Shown piece after piece: positions 12,167-25,965 of a stretch of DNA of 64,000 nucleotides (positions are counted from its first letter, which is position 1; each line of letters starts with the position of its first letter). The notes under the pieces were generated by a model, which worked only from the letters and a program-made list of their open reading frames with translations, was not told the origin of the DNA and did no database searches. The DNA comes from Gekko japonicus (lineage: Eukaryota). The stretch covers positions 1,227,368 to 1,291,367 of the forward strand of contig NW_015165837.1 in the NCBI RefSeq assembly GCF_001447785.1. The letters are read 5' to 3'. The position numbers were made by a program, and so were the translations under genes.

Positions 12167-13215
12167 GTAACACCCTCAGGTTTACTATTATTTTTTCCAT
12201 ATTTGGTCTAGATTCTTTCCAGAAAATAATGGTATGTGTCCTGTCCCACGCCTGCTGCGGCTTAGCCAATGCCTTCTAGGTATGAGTCAATGCACAACCC
12301 CTGACGAAGGCTTAAATTATCTTTATTTAACTCCACATGCATTCAGAAGATCATTTACTCACAATCAGGCTGATAGCTGGGTAGAAAGTTACATGCTTGT
12401 GATCTAAGTCAATGTGTGTGGCCATGGTGAGAAAGATGAGATTCCCCTTCTTCGAGGTAAGGATAGACAAAAGAAGCAGGAAAAGAGCAATAAAACTCCT
12501 ATCTTTACACCTCTGAGCTCAGGAAATTACCCTAATGAGCCAGTCAGAGGGAAGCTGCTGGGACCCCTAACTGAGAACTACAATTCCCAGGTGCAACTAG
12601 TCTTAAAGATACACAGCGGTTTTACCATACTACTACTGCCTACAGTTAACACTTACTGGAGGCAGCACAGTATGAAGGCCACAACCATCCATGCCTGTTG
12701 TTCTCTTGGGACAGGGAGGAAAGAGGGATTTGCGGGCACTCCTTCCCCATTACAAAATCAAACAAAGGGCTCACTTTACTGTTTTGAATAGCCTTTTGCA
12801 CAAGTCTGTAAACAGGCACTTGCTTGTGGCAAGGATAACTGCCTCTCAGTGACTGAGTGGGGAAGTGCTTATTAAGAGCACTCTCCATTTGGATCCTGTT
12901 AGGCCCCTGAAGCTGCATAACAGAGAAACCCACAGCGTGTGCAGGGACTGGCAGACTAGTTAAAGAAGCATCTTTGTGGACCTGTTCGCAAAACGGCCTT
13001 TATAGCATAATGTGGAATCTGGTGCTATGTTTCCTGCTGGAAATATGATGGACAATCTTTTTTTTGTCGTTCCTGCAAAATATTGATTATGTGATGCTGT
13101 AACCTGAGGCTCTTGATGTTGTAACGGAGCTCTCCTGCTTAGCTGCTCCACATTTACAGATGGGGCGGGGAGGCGCATTCCCATTTTTGGTCAGCTTCTT
13201 CTTTTGCTTCCGTAG

Positions 13216-13374
13216 TTGAATAGATTCCTTGAAAAGCTAACGAGTGAAATGAAAGAAGCTGGGAACCTAGAAGGAATACTCCTGACGGGACTAACAAAGG
13301 ATGGGGTGGATTTAATGGAAAGTTACGTTGACAGAACAGGAGATGTTCAGACAGCAAGCTATTGCATGTTACAG
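13216..13374 (+). CDS. MIOS: MIOS coding exon 6, 159 nt
   Basis: [64 protein letters not shown]. Confidence 0.95.
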
Positions 13375-13789
13375 GTTTGTATTTCTCTCTGAAATAAATC
13401 CAAATCATAACTTTTGTAACAATTCCACACTCATTTTTATTAGCCTGTGCTATGCACATTTCCCAGATTTATACTTCCTTAGACTGACTGCCATGTTTGA
13501 TTAGATGGGGGTTGGTTTTCTTGACAGAACACTTTGTCTCTTTCCAAGTGTTTTGAAATGCACCTTTCCTTTGTAATGCCTGTGGCCGTGTCAGAAGATA
13601 ATCGTAGTGCACAAAATACATGTCATTCGTTGATGGCCATAGCCCTAGACTTGGCTCTTCTCTTATTCCCTTGTTATTATATGCAGATGACATGGTTCTT
13701 TTGTCTACTTCTCATGTTGGATTGAACCGTTGCCATTAATATTGTGCGATTAACAGATTGGAGTTGAATTATGAAAAATCAAAGGTATT

Positions 13790-14950
13790 AGTCGTTCCCT
13801 ATTCCCGAAAATCTTATAAGTGGATTATTAATGGCAACAGACTTGAACAGGTTAAGCACTTCAAATATCTGGGCATCTATTTCCAATCTAATGCTACTTG
13901 GACCTACCATCACAGAATGGCTATTAATGTAGCATAAGTTAGTGTTTCTTGCTTTTATTTTTCTGTTTTGAGGTAACCAGTATGTGCCAGCTGCACTTAA
14001 AGCCTTCAAGGCTAAACTGGAGCTCAGATACTATATGGGGTACCTCTCTGGATTGATGCAGTGGACGTTTCAGTAGAACGTGTGCACTCTACCTTTCTAC
14101 GAAAGATCATGGGGGTACCCCGTGTGTGTTCCATATGCCGCTTTATGTTTGGAGTGCGGTCAGAATTTGTTGGCTACTAAGGCATGGATCCACACTATTA
14201 AATTTTGGTTACGACTCCATTTCAACTCTGACCCCTTCAGTTATAGGTACCAACTACTTACTGAATCTGTTAATTCCACCTGGCTATCTTACATCAAAGC
14301 CAAAATAAGTTCCCTGAATTTATCTCTAGAATCCTTATTTATGCTTTCTGAGTCTCAGCCCTTTTTAAAAATAAAATCTAGTTTATTGGGATCAGAGCTA
14401 CAAACTCTTTATAGCCTGGCTAACAGAACCTGTTCTCCCTTAAATTTGGGGATTGTTCCTAATGCAAACCTTCCAGCAGTATACCTCTATCAATTCATAG
14501 CTCCAAATTTGTGTAGAGCCATATCCTTGGCTAGATTTAATGTTCTTCCTTCAGCTATCTTATCTGGTAGATTTCAAGGGATTCCCTATCCTAGTAGGTA
14601 TTGTCCTTGTATGAAGGACTGTGTTGAAACTGTTGGCCATGTTCACCTCCAGTGCCCTCTCTATCTGGCGTCCCATCGGGATCTTCTATATCCCATACTA
14701 GCCTAATTTTTAGAGACCCGATGATTTTAAGCTCCTTTTCGTGCTTGATAATCCAGATACAGAAATAACTGAAATAGTAGCAAAGTTTCTTTGCAGTGCC
14801 ATGGTGTCATGGCCAGTAAGTGATACTATTAATTAGGTTTTACTATGATGCTACTCTTATTATGAAGTTACTCTGCAATTCTAATTTTACTATGCACGGT
14901 TTTGTATTTAGATTACTGTATCTTCATGTATATGCCAATAAAAGACTTTG
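13790..14950 (+). mobile_element. 5'-truncated non-LTR retrotransposon (RTE-X-like)
   Basis: WIINGNRLEQVKHFKYLGI RT thumb motif; C-terminal CPC...ETVGHVHLQCPLY zinc-knuckle-like motif; 3' ATGCCAATAAAAG. Clade assignment tentative. Confidence 0.7.
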
Positions 14951-15218
14951 GATGGCTATAACAAACAGAATCCTTGTTGTTAAAAACTTAACCCCACTCC
15001 TTATTTTTGTTCTGTCAGCAACAGTGGCAGAATTCTTCCAGTACTATCATAAGCATGTTTGCTCAGAAGTAAAGCCTAGTGAGTTCAGGGAGATTTACTC
15101 CCTAGTAAGTGTGTTTGGGGTTATAGCCTTAATCTACACTTTCATCAGAATCCTGTTAATGAATATTCATGTTGCTTATCTGTGTACATTTTATTAGCTG
15201 ATGTGTGCCTGTTTTCAG

Positions 15219-15371
15219 GGTTCTCCCTCTGAAGTGCTTAAAGACGAGCGGGTTCAATATTGGATTGAAAACTACAGGAACCTCTTGGATGCATGGAGAT
15301 TTTGGCACAAACGAGCAGAATTTGACATCCACAGGAGTAAACTGGATCCCAGCTCAAAACCTTTAGCACAG
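15219..15371 (+). CDS. MIOS: MIOS coding exon 7, 153 nt
   Basis: [63 protein letters not shown]. Confidence 0.96.
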
Positions 15372-16436
15372 GTAAACAAAACTGATTGCCCTGAATAGGA
15401 CCAATTAACACACATAAAATGGTATATATTGACTAAGATATTGAGTATTCTAATTGTAAGTAGGCTGTCCCTCGTAAAAGTAACATTACAGAAAATAGGA
15501 CTTGTCCACCTCTTGTGTTCTTTGCTCTAATAAATGCTTGACATTGTTGAATTGTGGCGAGAGGGAGTCATTGTTGCCCAAGGTAGCATTCCTGGCCGAG
15601 AGATAGAGAGGATGTTGCAGTAGCCTCTTGATGTAAGAAGGAAATCCAGCTCTTTCCTCCACTGCTGATGTCATGTAAAGCCACTGTGTTGGATCCAGCC
15701 TGCTTTTTTGCTCAGTCTTGCTTAAATCCCCTCCTTATTACAGCTGGGGATCAACCGTGGTTATGCTGAGGACTGTCCATGCAGGTCTCATGATCCCCAG
15801 CACAGCATTAGAGTAAAAGTCAGATCTAGCTGCTTGGATCCATGTTCAAATGGAAGGGCTAAGAAGATCGCCTTTCTAATAAAGAAATGTCCTTTCTGTC
15901 CTTTCATTTTTTATTTATTTAAAATATTTATATCCTTACCTTTCTCCTGAACATCTGAGGAGCCATGGCTAGAAGTATGCTACATTTTCTCAGCAATTAT
16001 AGAAGTTAGAATCATTCTAAAAGCATTCCCAGCAATTGTGAGACCTAGAAGCACTCCAAAATAAGTTAACACCATAGATTCCCCATCCCCAAAACTCCAG
16101 TTGTAACAAGACATGAATCTGTTGCTACTGCCTAGGACGAACCGTGAGCTTTCCATTTGAATGCTATGCTCCTTTTCAAACAGGTATTGTCCATTGCACC
16201 AACTTCTAGATGGTAAAGTGGTTACAAGGAGGGGAGAGCAGTTGCATTCTTCCTATTCTTCTCTCAGCCTTCTGAAAATAATCTTCTCTCCTGAAGGGTC
16301 TCATATGTGATTTCCTAGAGGGTCATTGCTCCTTCTAGAATGTATTGTGCTAGTCCATCAACAAATCTGCAGTGAGTAAACTGCGTCTTGTTATTTAAAA
16401 ATCATGTCCCTTCTATATATTTTTCTATTTGCAAAG

Positions 16437-16641
16437 GTGTTTGTAAGCTGCAATTTTTGTGGAAAATCAATCTCCTACAGCTGCTCAGCCATTCCACATC
16501 AGGGCCGAGGTTTTAGTCAGTATGGTGTCAGTGGATCTCCAACCAAATCCAAGGTCACAAGTTGTCCTGGTTGCCGCAAGCCCCTCCCTCGCTGTGCACT
16601 TTGTCTAATAAATATGGGAACTCCAGTTTCCAGCTGCCCAG
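16437..16641 (+). CDS. MIOS: MIOS coding exon 8, 205 nt (zinc-binding region)
   Basis: [17 protein letters not shown]...[27 protein letters not shown]; donor G/GTATGG. Confidence 0.96.
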
Positions 16642-16889
16642 GTATGGCTCCAGTTTTGATCAGTTTCTCTGTGTTAGTTCATAGGATTGTAGCATTGATG
16701 TACATACATTTGAATAATTTTTTTTTAATTTGGGGGAAATTGCACAATTATTTTTAGCTTCAGGAACTAGATGAGATGTTGACTACCAGGTTACTTTCCC
16801 ATCCCCAAACTCAGTTACTGCTCATTTTAAATAGCCATTTTTAATTACTATGGAAGCAAATGACCAGAATATTTTTTTCTCATGCGCAG

Positions 16890-17019
16890 GAGGGTCCAAG
16901 TCAGATGAAAAGGTGGATCTCAGCAAAGACAAAAAACTAGCTCAGTTCAACAACTGGTTTACTTGGTGCCACAACTGCAGGCATGGTGGTCATGCTGGAC
17001 ACATGCTGAGTTGGTTCAG
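16890..17019 (+). CDS. MIOS: MIOS coding exon 9, 130 nt
   Basis: [46 protein letters not shown]; donor AG/GTAAAG. Confidence 0.96.
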
Positions 17020-17274
17020 GTAAAGTAGTTGAATTAATGTGTCACATAATCTTGCTCTCTCCATGGTTTCTTGGATTTGTAGATCAGCACCTCCCACCAA
17101 AAGACTCATTCTGCAACAAGCAAGAGTACAATAGCTTTGAGAACAGGTCCAAATTGTTTGCTTTATTATCCTTGTTTTATTGTTAGTGAGCATTTATATC
17201 TCACCTTTGCTGTTCTGAACAGTTTCTGAGATGTGGTTGATTCTTTAAAAAAATTATGCCGATTTCTTTCCCAG

Positions 17275-17371
17275 GGATCATACCGAATGCCCTGTCTCGG
17301 CATGTTCATGTAAATGTATGCAGCTGGATACAACCGGGAATCTCATCCCAGCAGAGATGGTCCAGCCATAA
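17275..17371 (+). CDS. MIOS: MIOS last coding exon, 97 nt
   Basis: [35 protein letters not shown] (TAA 17369-17371). Exon sum 2631 nt = 876 aa + stop. Confidence 0.96.
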
Positions 17372-17486
17372 AACATCATAGCTTGAACAAGGACCTTCAG
17401 AACAGGGGGCTCTCCCTAACAGACGTCCTTCACAGCCAAAACACGTACCTCAGAATGAGTCACTCATGACTTGCCCGTAATAGAAA

Positions 17487-19481
17487 AATAAATCATTCTA
17501 TCACATCAGCAATTTGATGTGTGGATGGTTTTGATGTGCTTTGCATAGCCAGGTATTGCTGGACTTGAGTCTTCATGTGTGTCATGTGGACGCTGTTCAG
17601 CGGGTTGTGAAGCAATTCATTTCACAAGCATTTATAGAAGCTTCACTGAAATTCGAAGCAGTCTGCAGGAAGATTTTCAGCATTATGCTGTCCAGACCTT
17701 GAACCTTCCATCTGCAATGAACCAGCATCATATTACTGTATTTCATGAACTTTCGAAAGACAGTGCCCAAGTTATGCTGCTGATTTATTATATTCAGGTA
17801 ATACTGCCACTTTTTTCTTAGCGGAGACAAACTGCAGTGCTGTTCTGTGACACTGCAGTGATACTCTTCAGGTGAATCAAAGTCTCTTTCAGTCTGCATG
17901 AGTAAATAGTAAGGTTCCATTTTCAATATAATATGCTTCTGGGGAGCATCCACCATTTTTACGTAAGTAGCATTAACAAGTTTCAGATAAGTTGTTAGAG
18001 ACACGAATGTCAGCTGCATAAAACCGTAGCCAACCAATGCTGGACAAAATAGCTAGCATTTGAAAAAGCAGGAATTGACTACACACCTAAAATGTGTTGC
18101 AGTATTAATGGTACCCACCCCACATCTTACATTGGGACAAAATGGTATGCTTTTGGTTTAGAAAACGGCAGTAAATATACAATTTAGATGAGTGAGCTAG
18201 TTCAATAAAGGTTAACTTACATTGTTCAAATAATACTGGATGTCCCCTGCCATGATGGCTGTTAGTGCCAAACGTTGGCTTGGATCCCTTCTAGAATTTC
18301 TGGAGTACAGGGTTATTTTTTTGACTCCCCTTTAGCATTACAGCCCAAAATGCTGCTTTTGTGGCACAGAGGAACCACAAAGGAATTGCTGGAGGTGGGG
18401 AGGGTGAATAATAGAGAGCCTGTGGAAGTTCCAAGTGAGATCTCAGCTGTTACTAGATTTCCCCCTGAACAAGATATTTGATTTGTTAAAGTATGTGACA
18501 ATTACAGGAGCTTTTGGGGTGGGGGAATATGTCTATTTATTTTAAAAACTATGTAGAAAAAAAGTACACAGAGAAAACATTAAGCATATAATGATACACT
18601 GCTATAATCAGTATAGATTTACGTTGCAACTCAGTTTATAGATTTCTTTGGTTAATTGGCAGCAAGACCAAAACATGCCACTCAGAGTTGCAATACATCC
18701 CTAGAAAGCTAAACTTCCTGTTTGTTTCCAATGCAATTTTGTAATTAGAGTTTTATAGTTGCCTACTTGACAATCCTACACAGTAGTTTGAAATAGACAA
18801 GCCTGGGTGCATATGGTGGTCTGTACATCTACCAATGGATTTCCTGCTCTTTCCCACTGCAGTCCCTGCACACACTCAGCCTCTCCTGAGGGTTTGGAGA
18901 TTTCTTAGAAATGTGGGCAACCCAGCTGGGGAAGGGGAAATCAAAGCAGTAGATCCCTCCCTCTTCTCCCATACATGAACAGATGTGCCTTCCTTTTGCA
19001 CACTTGGCACTTTGGAGCCAAGCCACCATATCTGTACACACAGCACTGAAAAGGGAAAAAACAAATCCTTCACAGAAGTGAAAACCATTATTTATTTCTA
19101 TGTATGCAGTTGTGCTGGTGGGCTTTATTATATTGCTTTGGTCAAAGGCCACTTCCAATCAGAATTGCATTTTTGTTATTGAATCTGTAATGAGGTATGC
19201 ATCACAGTACCCAAACTGTTACTCTGACCTTTTTGTAATGTTGACAAAAGATGAACATTTGCTTTAACAATCTAGAATCTAAAGTATAAGAACAATTTGT
19301 AGATTTGATTTTGTTTGTCGTATATGAAGTATTAAGAGAGCATGGATATTAATGTCTTCTTCCCATCAATAAGATTTTTTAAAATGTGTACGTATGAATT
19401 ATTACTAACTTGGAAGTCTAAAAGCAGTATTTTTGTAAAATAACTGTATTTTATGACTTTTTGAAAAGGCTAGTAAATAAA
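17487..19481 (+). terminator. MIOS: Candidate MIOS polyadenylation signals
   Basis: AATAAA at 17487, 18204 and 19476 downstream of the stop; usage unknown. Confidence 0.5.
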
Positions 19482-19821
19482 GACAACCTGGTTCTTGTGG
19501 GATTCCTTTGCATCATTTCATTCAACACCTTGTGTCCTTGGAAGAACTGTACTATTTATGTATTTCTATCCCACTTTTTTCCCTATTGGGAGTTTGTAAG
19601 GAAAGCAAAAATAAAGTTTTGACAAACAAAACTGTGTGCAGCCCCTGCGCTGATGCCTGGATCCACTGGGACAACTCCGTCAGGGCTACAGTCTGCAAGT
19701 CACTAGTCAAGACCTTAAGATCACACCTCTTAGCCAACTAATTGCAACATAAGGGAAACAGAAGTTCAGTCCAGATCTTATGCAGCTGGGAATCATGTTC
19801 CCAAGATTCCTCTTTCCTGTA

Positions 19822-20070
19822 AAGAAGAGTTGGTTTTATACCTCACTCTCCACTACCCAAAGGAGTTTCAGAGCGGCTCACAATCACCTTCCCCTTCTCT
19901 CCCCACAACAGACACCCTCTGAGGTAGGTGGGCCTGAGAGATTTCTGAGAGAACTGTGATCTAACCCAAGGCCACCCAGCTGGCTTCATGTGGAGGAGTG
20001 GGGAATCAAACCTAGTTCTCCAGATTGCAGTCCACTGCTCTTAACTACTACACCAAGCTGGCTCTCCTAG
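19822..20070 (-). mobile_element. SINE (gecko-type)
   Basis: AAGAAGAGTTGGTTTTATACC...CCCAAGGCCACCCAGCTGGCTTCATGTGGAGGAGTGGGGAATCAAACC...CTTAACTACTACACC. Confidence 0.7.
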
Positions 20071-20815
20071 AACCTCTTAGCCATTGGTCTGAAGATGCCT
20101 TTACAGACAGGTTCTGTTTAAGAACCTAAGCCCTTAACATCTGGCCTTAACAATCTTTTAGGGATAGGAGGCTGGCCCATCACATGGTGGTTCAGACTGC
20201 CATAGCACTTTCATCCCAGATCTTAAATGTCTTCAAGAGAAGCTTAATATGGAGAAAGGGGTTGTTGAAGGCATGCCAGAGATGTAAGCAATATTACTTG
20301 GTAAATAGCATCCCATTAGGCCTCTTAAATGTGTAGGACATTTTTTCCTTCCAGGTTGTTGCAATCCTAGGGAAGGAACACCAAGAAGGTCCCCACGAGG
20401 ACCAACTGTGTGAAGACAATGGACTACTACCTCCATCCACCTCTTTGCCTCTTGTACCTGGCCTACCCTCTTTGCTAGAAAAGCTGGCCTCTTAGGAGGA
20501 AAGAGCCGTTGAAGAGACAAAAAGGAAATGCTGACTAGCCAAATGGGATCCTTTTTCCCAAGCCACAATCTCTGCTTTCAATTAGTGTTTATAAGCTATG
20601 CTGTATATGCATTAACTCTGGCTTATGTTAAATTGTTGAGCATTTAGGTAGATGTATTTTTGCAATCAATTCTGAGGATCTTAAATCACTTTAGCTTAAA
20701 TCACTCCTTCCTCTAAATTGTATTTTTTAATACTTGTCCTGATTAAGCTCGCCAAATGTGATTATTCATATAGTTTCACCGTACTGTTAATAATCCACTT
20801 GCACCATATTTTATA

Positions 20816-20910
20816 GATTCAGGAGGGTATCTGAAGAAGTGCATGCACATGAAAGCTAATACTCAGAATTAAATGTTGGTTTTAAAAGTGCCACTGGACT
20901 TAAACATTCT
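20816..20910. mobile_element. Short Penelope-like insertion with 13-bp TSD
   Basis: Flanked by ACCATATTTTATA (20803-20815, 20911-20923); CTGAAGAAGTG...GAAAGCT...GTTGGT...GCCACTGGACT resembles squamate Penelope ends. Confidence 0.65.
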
Positions 20911-23900
20911 ACCATATTTTATAATGTGCTGTAACTGCAGTACAAGCCAACCCTGAATAATGCAATATCAACTAACAGAAGAAAAGTTTAGTAAGAGAAA
21001 GTTTTCAAAAAAATTGTTAACTTCTTTACTTTTGTAGTTCTTCACTTCTGTAGTAATCCTAACTTTTCAATAGTCACGTTATTTTTTTACATACTATTTG
21101 AGACATTCTCCCAAAGAGTCTTAAACTAAAACTAATTCCTGTTGCAGTAAAAAAACACACACGGGAGGTTAGTAGGATCCTAAAGGCTAAAGATACTTTA
21201 TTCTACCTTAAGCTGTTGTACATTAGAACCTCCTTCCAGTACAATGGAATACCTCTTCACTCAGCAGAAATTCAGTTCATGATGCAGAGCAATTTAGGGC
21301 ATGCTATGAGCTTCTTAGCAGATCTGAGTACTCTTCAGTAATGAACAAGGTCAGCCTGCTATCTAGAATTCTGTAGCAAGGTTTCAAAAATGAATATAGA
21401 TTTATGCACCATGAATATAGTGTATGTGCCATGCAGATTCATGCCAGATGTAACACATGCTGAATTTTATAGCCAGATTTGGGAGTTATTCCCTTTTCAA
21501 TGGTCAGTCCACATCCAGAAACATGTAGAGACAATAGTAATTCCTTCAACAAGCAGAGTATTTTCCCCATGTTTCTTGCCTATTTGGAAATTTTTACAAT
21601 GAAAAATGTTTCAATACATGGATTTCCCACAAATATATATATATATATGCCAGACTAGCATTTCTTGGCTGTTACCATTACCACTTGCCTGCTTTATTTG
21701 CTGCAGCTGGACAAATATTGTACAATCTGTATGAAGCAACAAGCCTACACACATTTTCTGGGGGAAAGATGTAACTCTTATGCCCAATCATACATGTCAA
21801 TAAGCCAACGACAATTGTAATATACCTGTGCATACTTTTCCCACCCCATCCAAGCAAGAATGTCCTCTACTTCTCCTACCTGCCACACACCCCTCCAGCT
21901 CACTATTGATGGTGTTTGGTTCACAATTATCCTGACTTCTAACCCTACTTTTCCCTCCTGCCCACTCTAGAGCCTGCTGTTCCTCCTGCCTCTCAATCCC
22001 CATTATCTCCTTGCTCCCAGAACCTTCCCCTAATTACTGTGCATAATTGCGCTCTCTCTGTCTCATGCATTGTTGCTGGCAAGTCTTCAGAAGCCACGAA
22101 TGTCACTGTATGGTCATAATCCAGGGCCTGTTTTGTAGATGTTTGGTTTTGTACTAGTCCAGATAGCCCCTATAGCATATAGGGAAATTATGCTGTAGAA
22201 GGAACACCAAATGCAGCTGTTTTCTTCTTTCTATTGTAGCACCAGGCCAGTTACTCCTATCCCTCCTGACCAGCAGGAGACTTGTTTGTTTTTAACACAC
22301 ACACACCCATGGCTATTGAAGGCTAGAGTTAAGCAGGAGGCTTTAATAAAGCAACCTGTCTGGTCTGAAATTAATAGCAGATGCATCATGAATGCTCAAT
22401 TAGCAGTTGATGTTTCTAGAAACTAGGGCTAGACTGAACAATAGTGACGTGACCAATGCCATACATTCCCTTTGCTAAAAGAAAAGTTTATATGACACTG
22501 AATGCAGGAAAACTAGAATCTTCAGCACAATCCACCATCAGGGTATGGCTTGAATCCTCCACAGTACCTGCAGATCAATCCCCCTCCCTCCCACTCGGCA
22601 GCCGCAGCAAGTGCTAAAAAGGCAATGCCAGGAACTGGAGGGATACCCATGGGCAAACAGCTGCGGAAGGAGGGGGAAGCAGGCAAAACCTAGCTCCTCA
22701 CATTCCCACAGAGCCTCTTCTGCTGGCACAGACATTTAGGGCTAGGATCCAAGCCGTTAAGTCCACTGCTGCTCTAAACCCCAGAAGCAACATTAGCAAA
22801 ATCTTGCTTTAAGAATAATTTCCCAAGACTTTATTTGTCCTCTCTCCTCAAAAAGCATCATTCAGAAATCCTAAATTGGCCCAAATGCATATGAGGAACC
22901 TAATACTGAGAAGTAGAAATTGCTGGCATCAAACCCATGTTCCTGCACATTTTTACACTTCCTGTCTACCAGCCAAGAATTTCAATATTTTTTTTCAAAA
23001 AGGTTTTGTACAACAAATTGATCTGGAATTTTCATTTGTCTCCTTTCAGTCTCTGCAGTTTTCAGCTCTGGTACACCTGAATACAAACAATTACAAGATC
23101 CTGTCCATTCCTCTTAATCTGTTAACTAAGTTCTAGCAAATAGTAGTTGCTTCAACTGACCAGAACACCCTGGTCACATCTAATAATAATCCTCCCTCCC
23201 CTTTCATGAATACCTCCCAAAAGGAAAACAGACAATGGTGGTTACAGCAAGCAAGCCTGCACACGTGGCAAATCAGATGATAAAAGATATCTTCAGTAAT
23301 TCCAACAACATCATCCAGCTCCTTCTGATTCATTCTAGCTTGCTAAGAGAGTTGTGACAACTCTTACTTCACCCATCTCTTGTTGCTGTTCTATTATGAA
23401 CAATAGGCAATGTCTTAGGTGAGATTTTAAAAATGTAAGTAGTAGAGCAGCTTGCTGTTTTCTAGCTCACCTGGGGAAGGGCTTATGAAACACTTGTGTC
23501 TTAGAGAGTATGCTGTTCACTTTCTTGAATCTCTGAATAAATAAAAAGCCATGATCTCTCCTACCTACCCATAGGAACACTGCTAACGTTACTAAGATTT
23601 TACAGGTAGAAATAATACTGCAATCTATTTGAAAAAAAGTTTGTTTTGTTTCCAGCCTTGGAGATACTTGGCAATTTCATATATCCCCACATAGTCACAG
23701 CGAGAACCAAATATACCCATCATTGAGATTGTGATAAACCATTTAGAGTACATGGTAAACTGAAGACCCACAGAGAAATCACAGGAGGCAGCAACAGCTG
23801 GAACTCCCCAAAGTGAAAGACTAAGGAGCGCGTAGTTTCCTGCCTATGTAATCCTGTACTTCAGCAGTCTTAACACTATTACACAATAACTCTATAGCAC

Positions 23901-24695
23901 AAACTGCAGATCTGCGGCCAGATGAGCAGGGAGCTGCTCCAAGTTAAATTTTCCTCCCCACGTGTCACCACCCCAACCACACTCGATACTTGTTTTGAGC
24001 ATAAGCAACTGCATAATTGTTAGATATTATATTATTTGAAAAACTAATAAAATTTAAATGATTCTTTTTTAAAAAATGCAGTGCCAACCAGAGTGTAACT
24101 AGCATAGCCAGACTGTGGAGTAACAGGCGGTCTTTTCCAAGTAACACTAATTTTTCTGCTTGCCTGGGTAGTTAGTATACAGAACCCCTCACGTTACCTG
24201 TGAATGGCTACAGTACTTGCTAGGTACTCAATCATGAAACTCAATGTACAGCAAATAAGCTGGTGCCCCTGAGGACTCACAGGGAGCAGAAGAGAACCTC
24301 CCTCCCTCCAGGCAATTCCCACCTCCCCCATTAAACTGGATCAACATTATGGAGAAACTGAACAGGCTCAGATAATTTGAGGAGTTTTTAAAATGTACAA
24401 GCTAACATATTTTCTGAATAGCAAGGGAATTGTCTCACCCTCTCCTCTCCACCCATGCCCAAAATAAACACAATTCCTAAACTTGTAGGGGTGGGGGCTT
24501 TCACTGTTGTCATGACAGCAGCAGAATCTTTATATCTGCTGTTAGATGAAATAATACTTTTTCCTAGTTATCTTTGATACATACAAGATCACCTAAAAAT
24601 CACAAAAGTCAGACAAAATAGGTATTTTTGTATATATGTATCCCAAGCCCACTATACCTGAATGTTAGTCTATTAACAAAATATTCAAAAGCTCA

Positions 24696-24701
24696 TTTAT
24701 T
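24696..24701 (-). terminator. RPA3: Candidate RPA3 polyadenylation signal
   Basis: TTTATT on + (AATAAA on -), about 220 nt downstream of the RPA3 stop. Confidence 0.55.
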
Positions 24702-24917
24702 GAGAAATATAGCTTTTCACTAGAAACAGGTTTTCTCCAAGATTAAGCTTCTATTTAAATTCACTGGTAAGGATCCAAATCCAACAGTTTCTGTACTGTA
24801 CACCACTGGCATACCAGACTGCCTCCAAAACATTTTAGGCAAGTGTATTTCCCACAGATTAGTGCATAGTAAATATCACAGAACTGTCCATTCTAAAGTT
24901 GTAAGAAAAAGCATCAT

Positions 24918-24994
24918 TCATGCCTCAGCCCCCAAAGGGTAGTACTCAGAAAATTCATGAATAATTTTCAGAGCCTCGTTATATAGTGGAAGAT
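24918..24994 (-). CDS. RPA3: RPA3 coding exon 4, 77 nt
   Basis: TTTCAG/ (D)LPLYNEALKIIHEFSEYYPLGAEA*; total CDS 360 nt = 119 aa. Confidence 0.93.
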
Positions 24995-25856
24995 CTGAAA
25001 GGAAAAAAAACAGGGAAAAGAAAAGTGAATTTACTAGCACAAGACAAGAAAAATATACTAAAAATATTGATAAGTAACAGTTATACTTTGCATCTCATTC
25101 TTAAAGAAATTCCTCCCCATTGGGTTGCTTTTAATACTTACCATGGTTCTGTTTGAACTAGCAGGAAATAACTGCCAAGCCTTCAAATGACTAAGAATTT
25201 ACTGCATTTACAAACTGTATTCACAAGGATTCTCCCTTTACCGGATAAAAATCAGATGAAACAGTAGAGCTGTATGACAACTTTGTACATTAGCAGAATC
25301 ATTTGGGCTTGGGTCCCATGTAAAATTTTCACAGGCAGAGAAGATCTTCCCACCTTTCGCCTTCTGCTGGAGAACAGGGGACCCCCCAGAAATGGGAGGC
25401 ATCATCGGTCTTTCGTAGAAGGGGGGAACACCACCATTGTCACCCCAGTCTACCCAGAGAACTTTCAGGTGTGATCCATGCCCCAATTTGGACAAACAAG
25501 TGCAGGGATGAATTATTTTGGGATGATAAACTATGAAGCAGGCTTGCTCCCTGAAAACAGCTATGAACTCACCAGTAAATGACTTCTGCAATTGGAGTGG
25601 CAAAGCACAGAAGCATGCAAAAAAAATTATCCTGGAAAGGAAAATCCACATGGATTTTCAGTTTTGACATAATGTCTTTCATGCAGCTGCTTTTATGGGA
25701 TTCATCCCAAGGAACACTTCCAGGGAGGAAAATATTAGGTAAAAGTTGGCCATTAATGTAAAAGCCTTCAAGATCAGTGTGTGGAATCAATTTTCTACAG
25801 GATTGGAAACTATTAATAGGGTACAGTTACAATTCAGAAGTATTTAATTTACTTAC

Positions 25857-25965
25857 CAAACATGCTTTTATCGTCTTTGAAGTGGGTATATGATGCACAC
25901 ATGATGTTTGCTTGATTTGTAACTCTTCCCACTACTTCAATGACTCCTGAAATCTCTTCATCTAG
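25857..25965 (-). CDS. RPA3: RPA3 coding exon 3, 109 nt
   Basis: [41 protein letters not shown]; donor G/GTAAGT. Confidence 0.95.

Noticed and set aside
12240-12715. Possible solo LTR carrying a ZNF143-like motif (AACTACAATTCCCAG at about 12576)
   Set aside because: TGTCCCA/TGGGACA ends are present but no TSD could be established. The motif is far from any promoter and probably repeat-borne.
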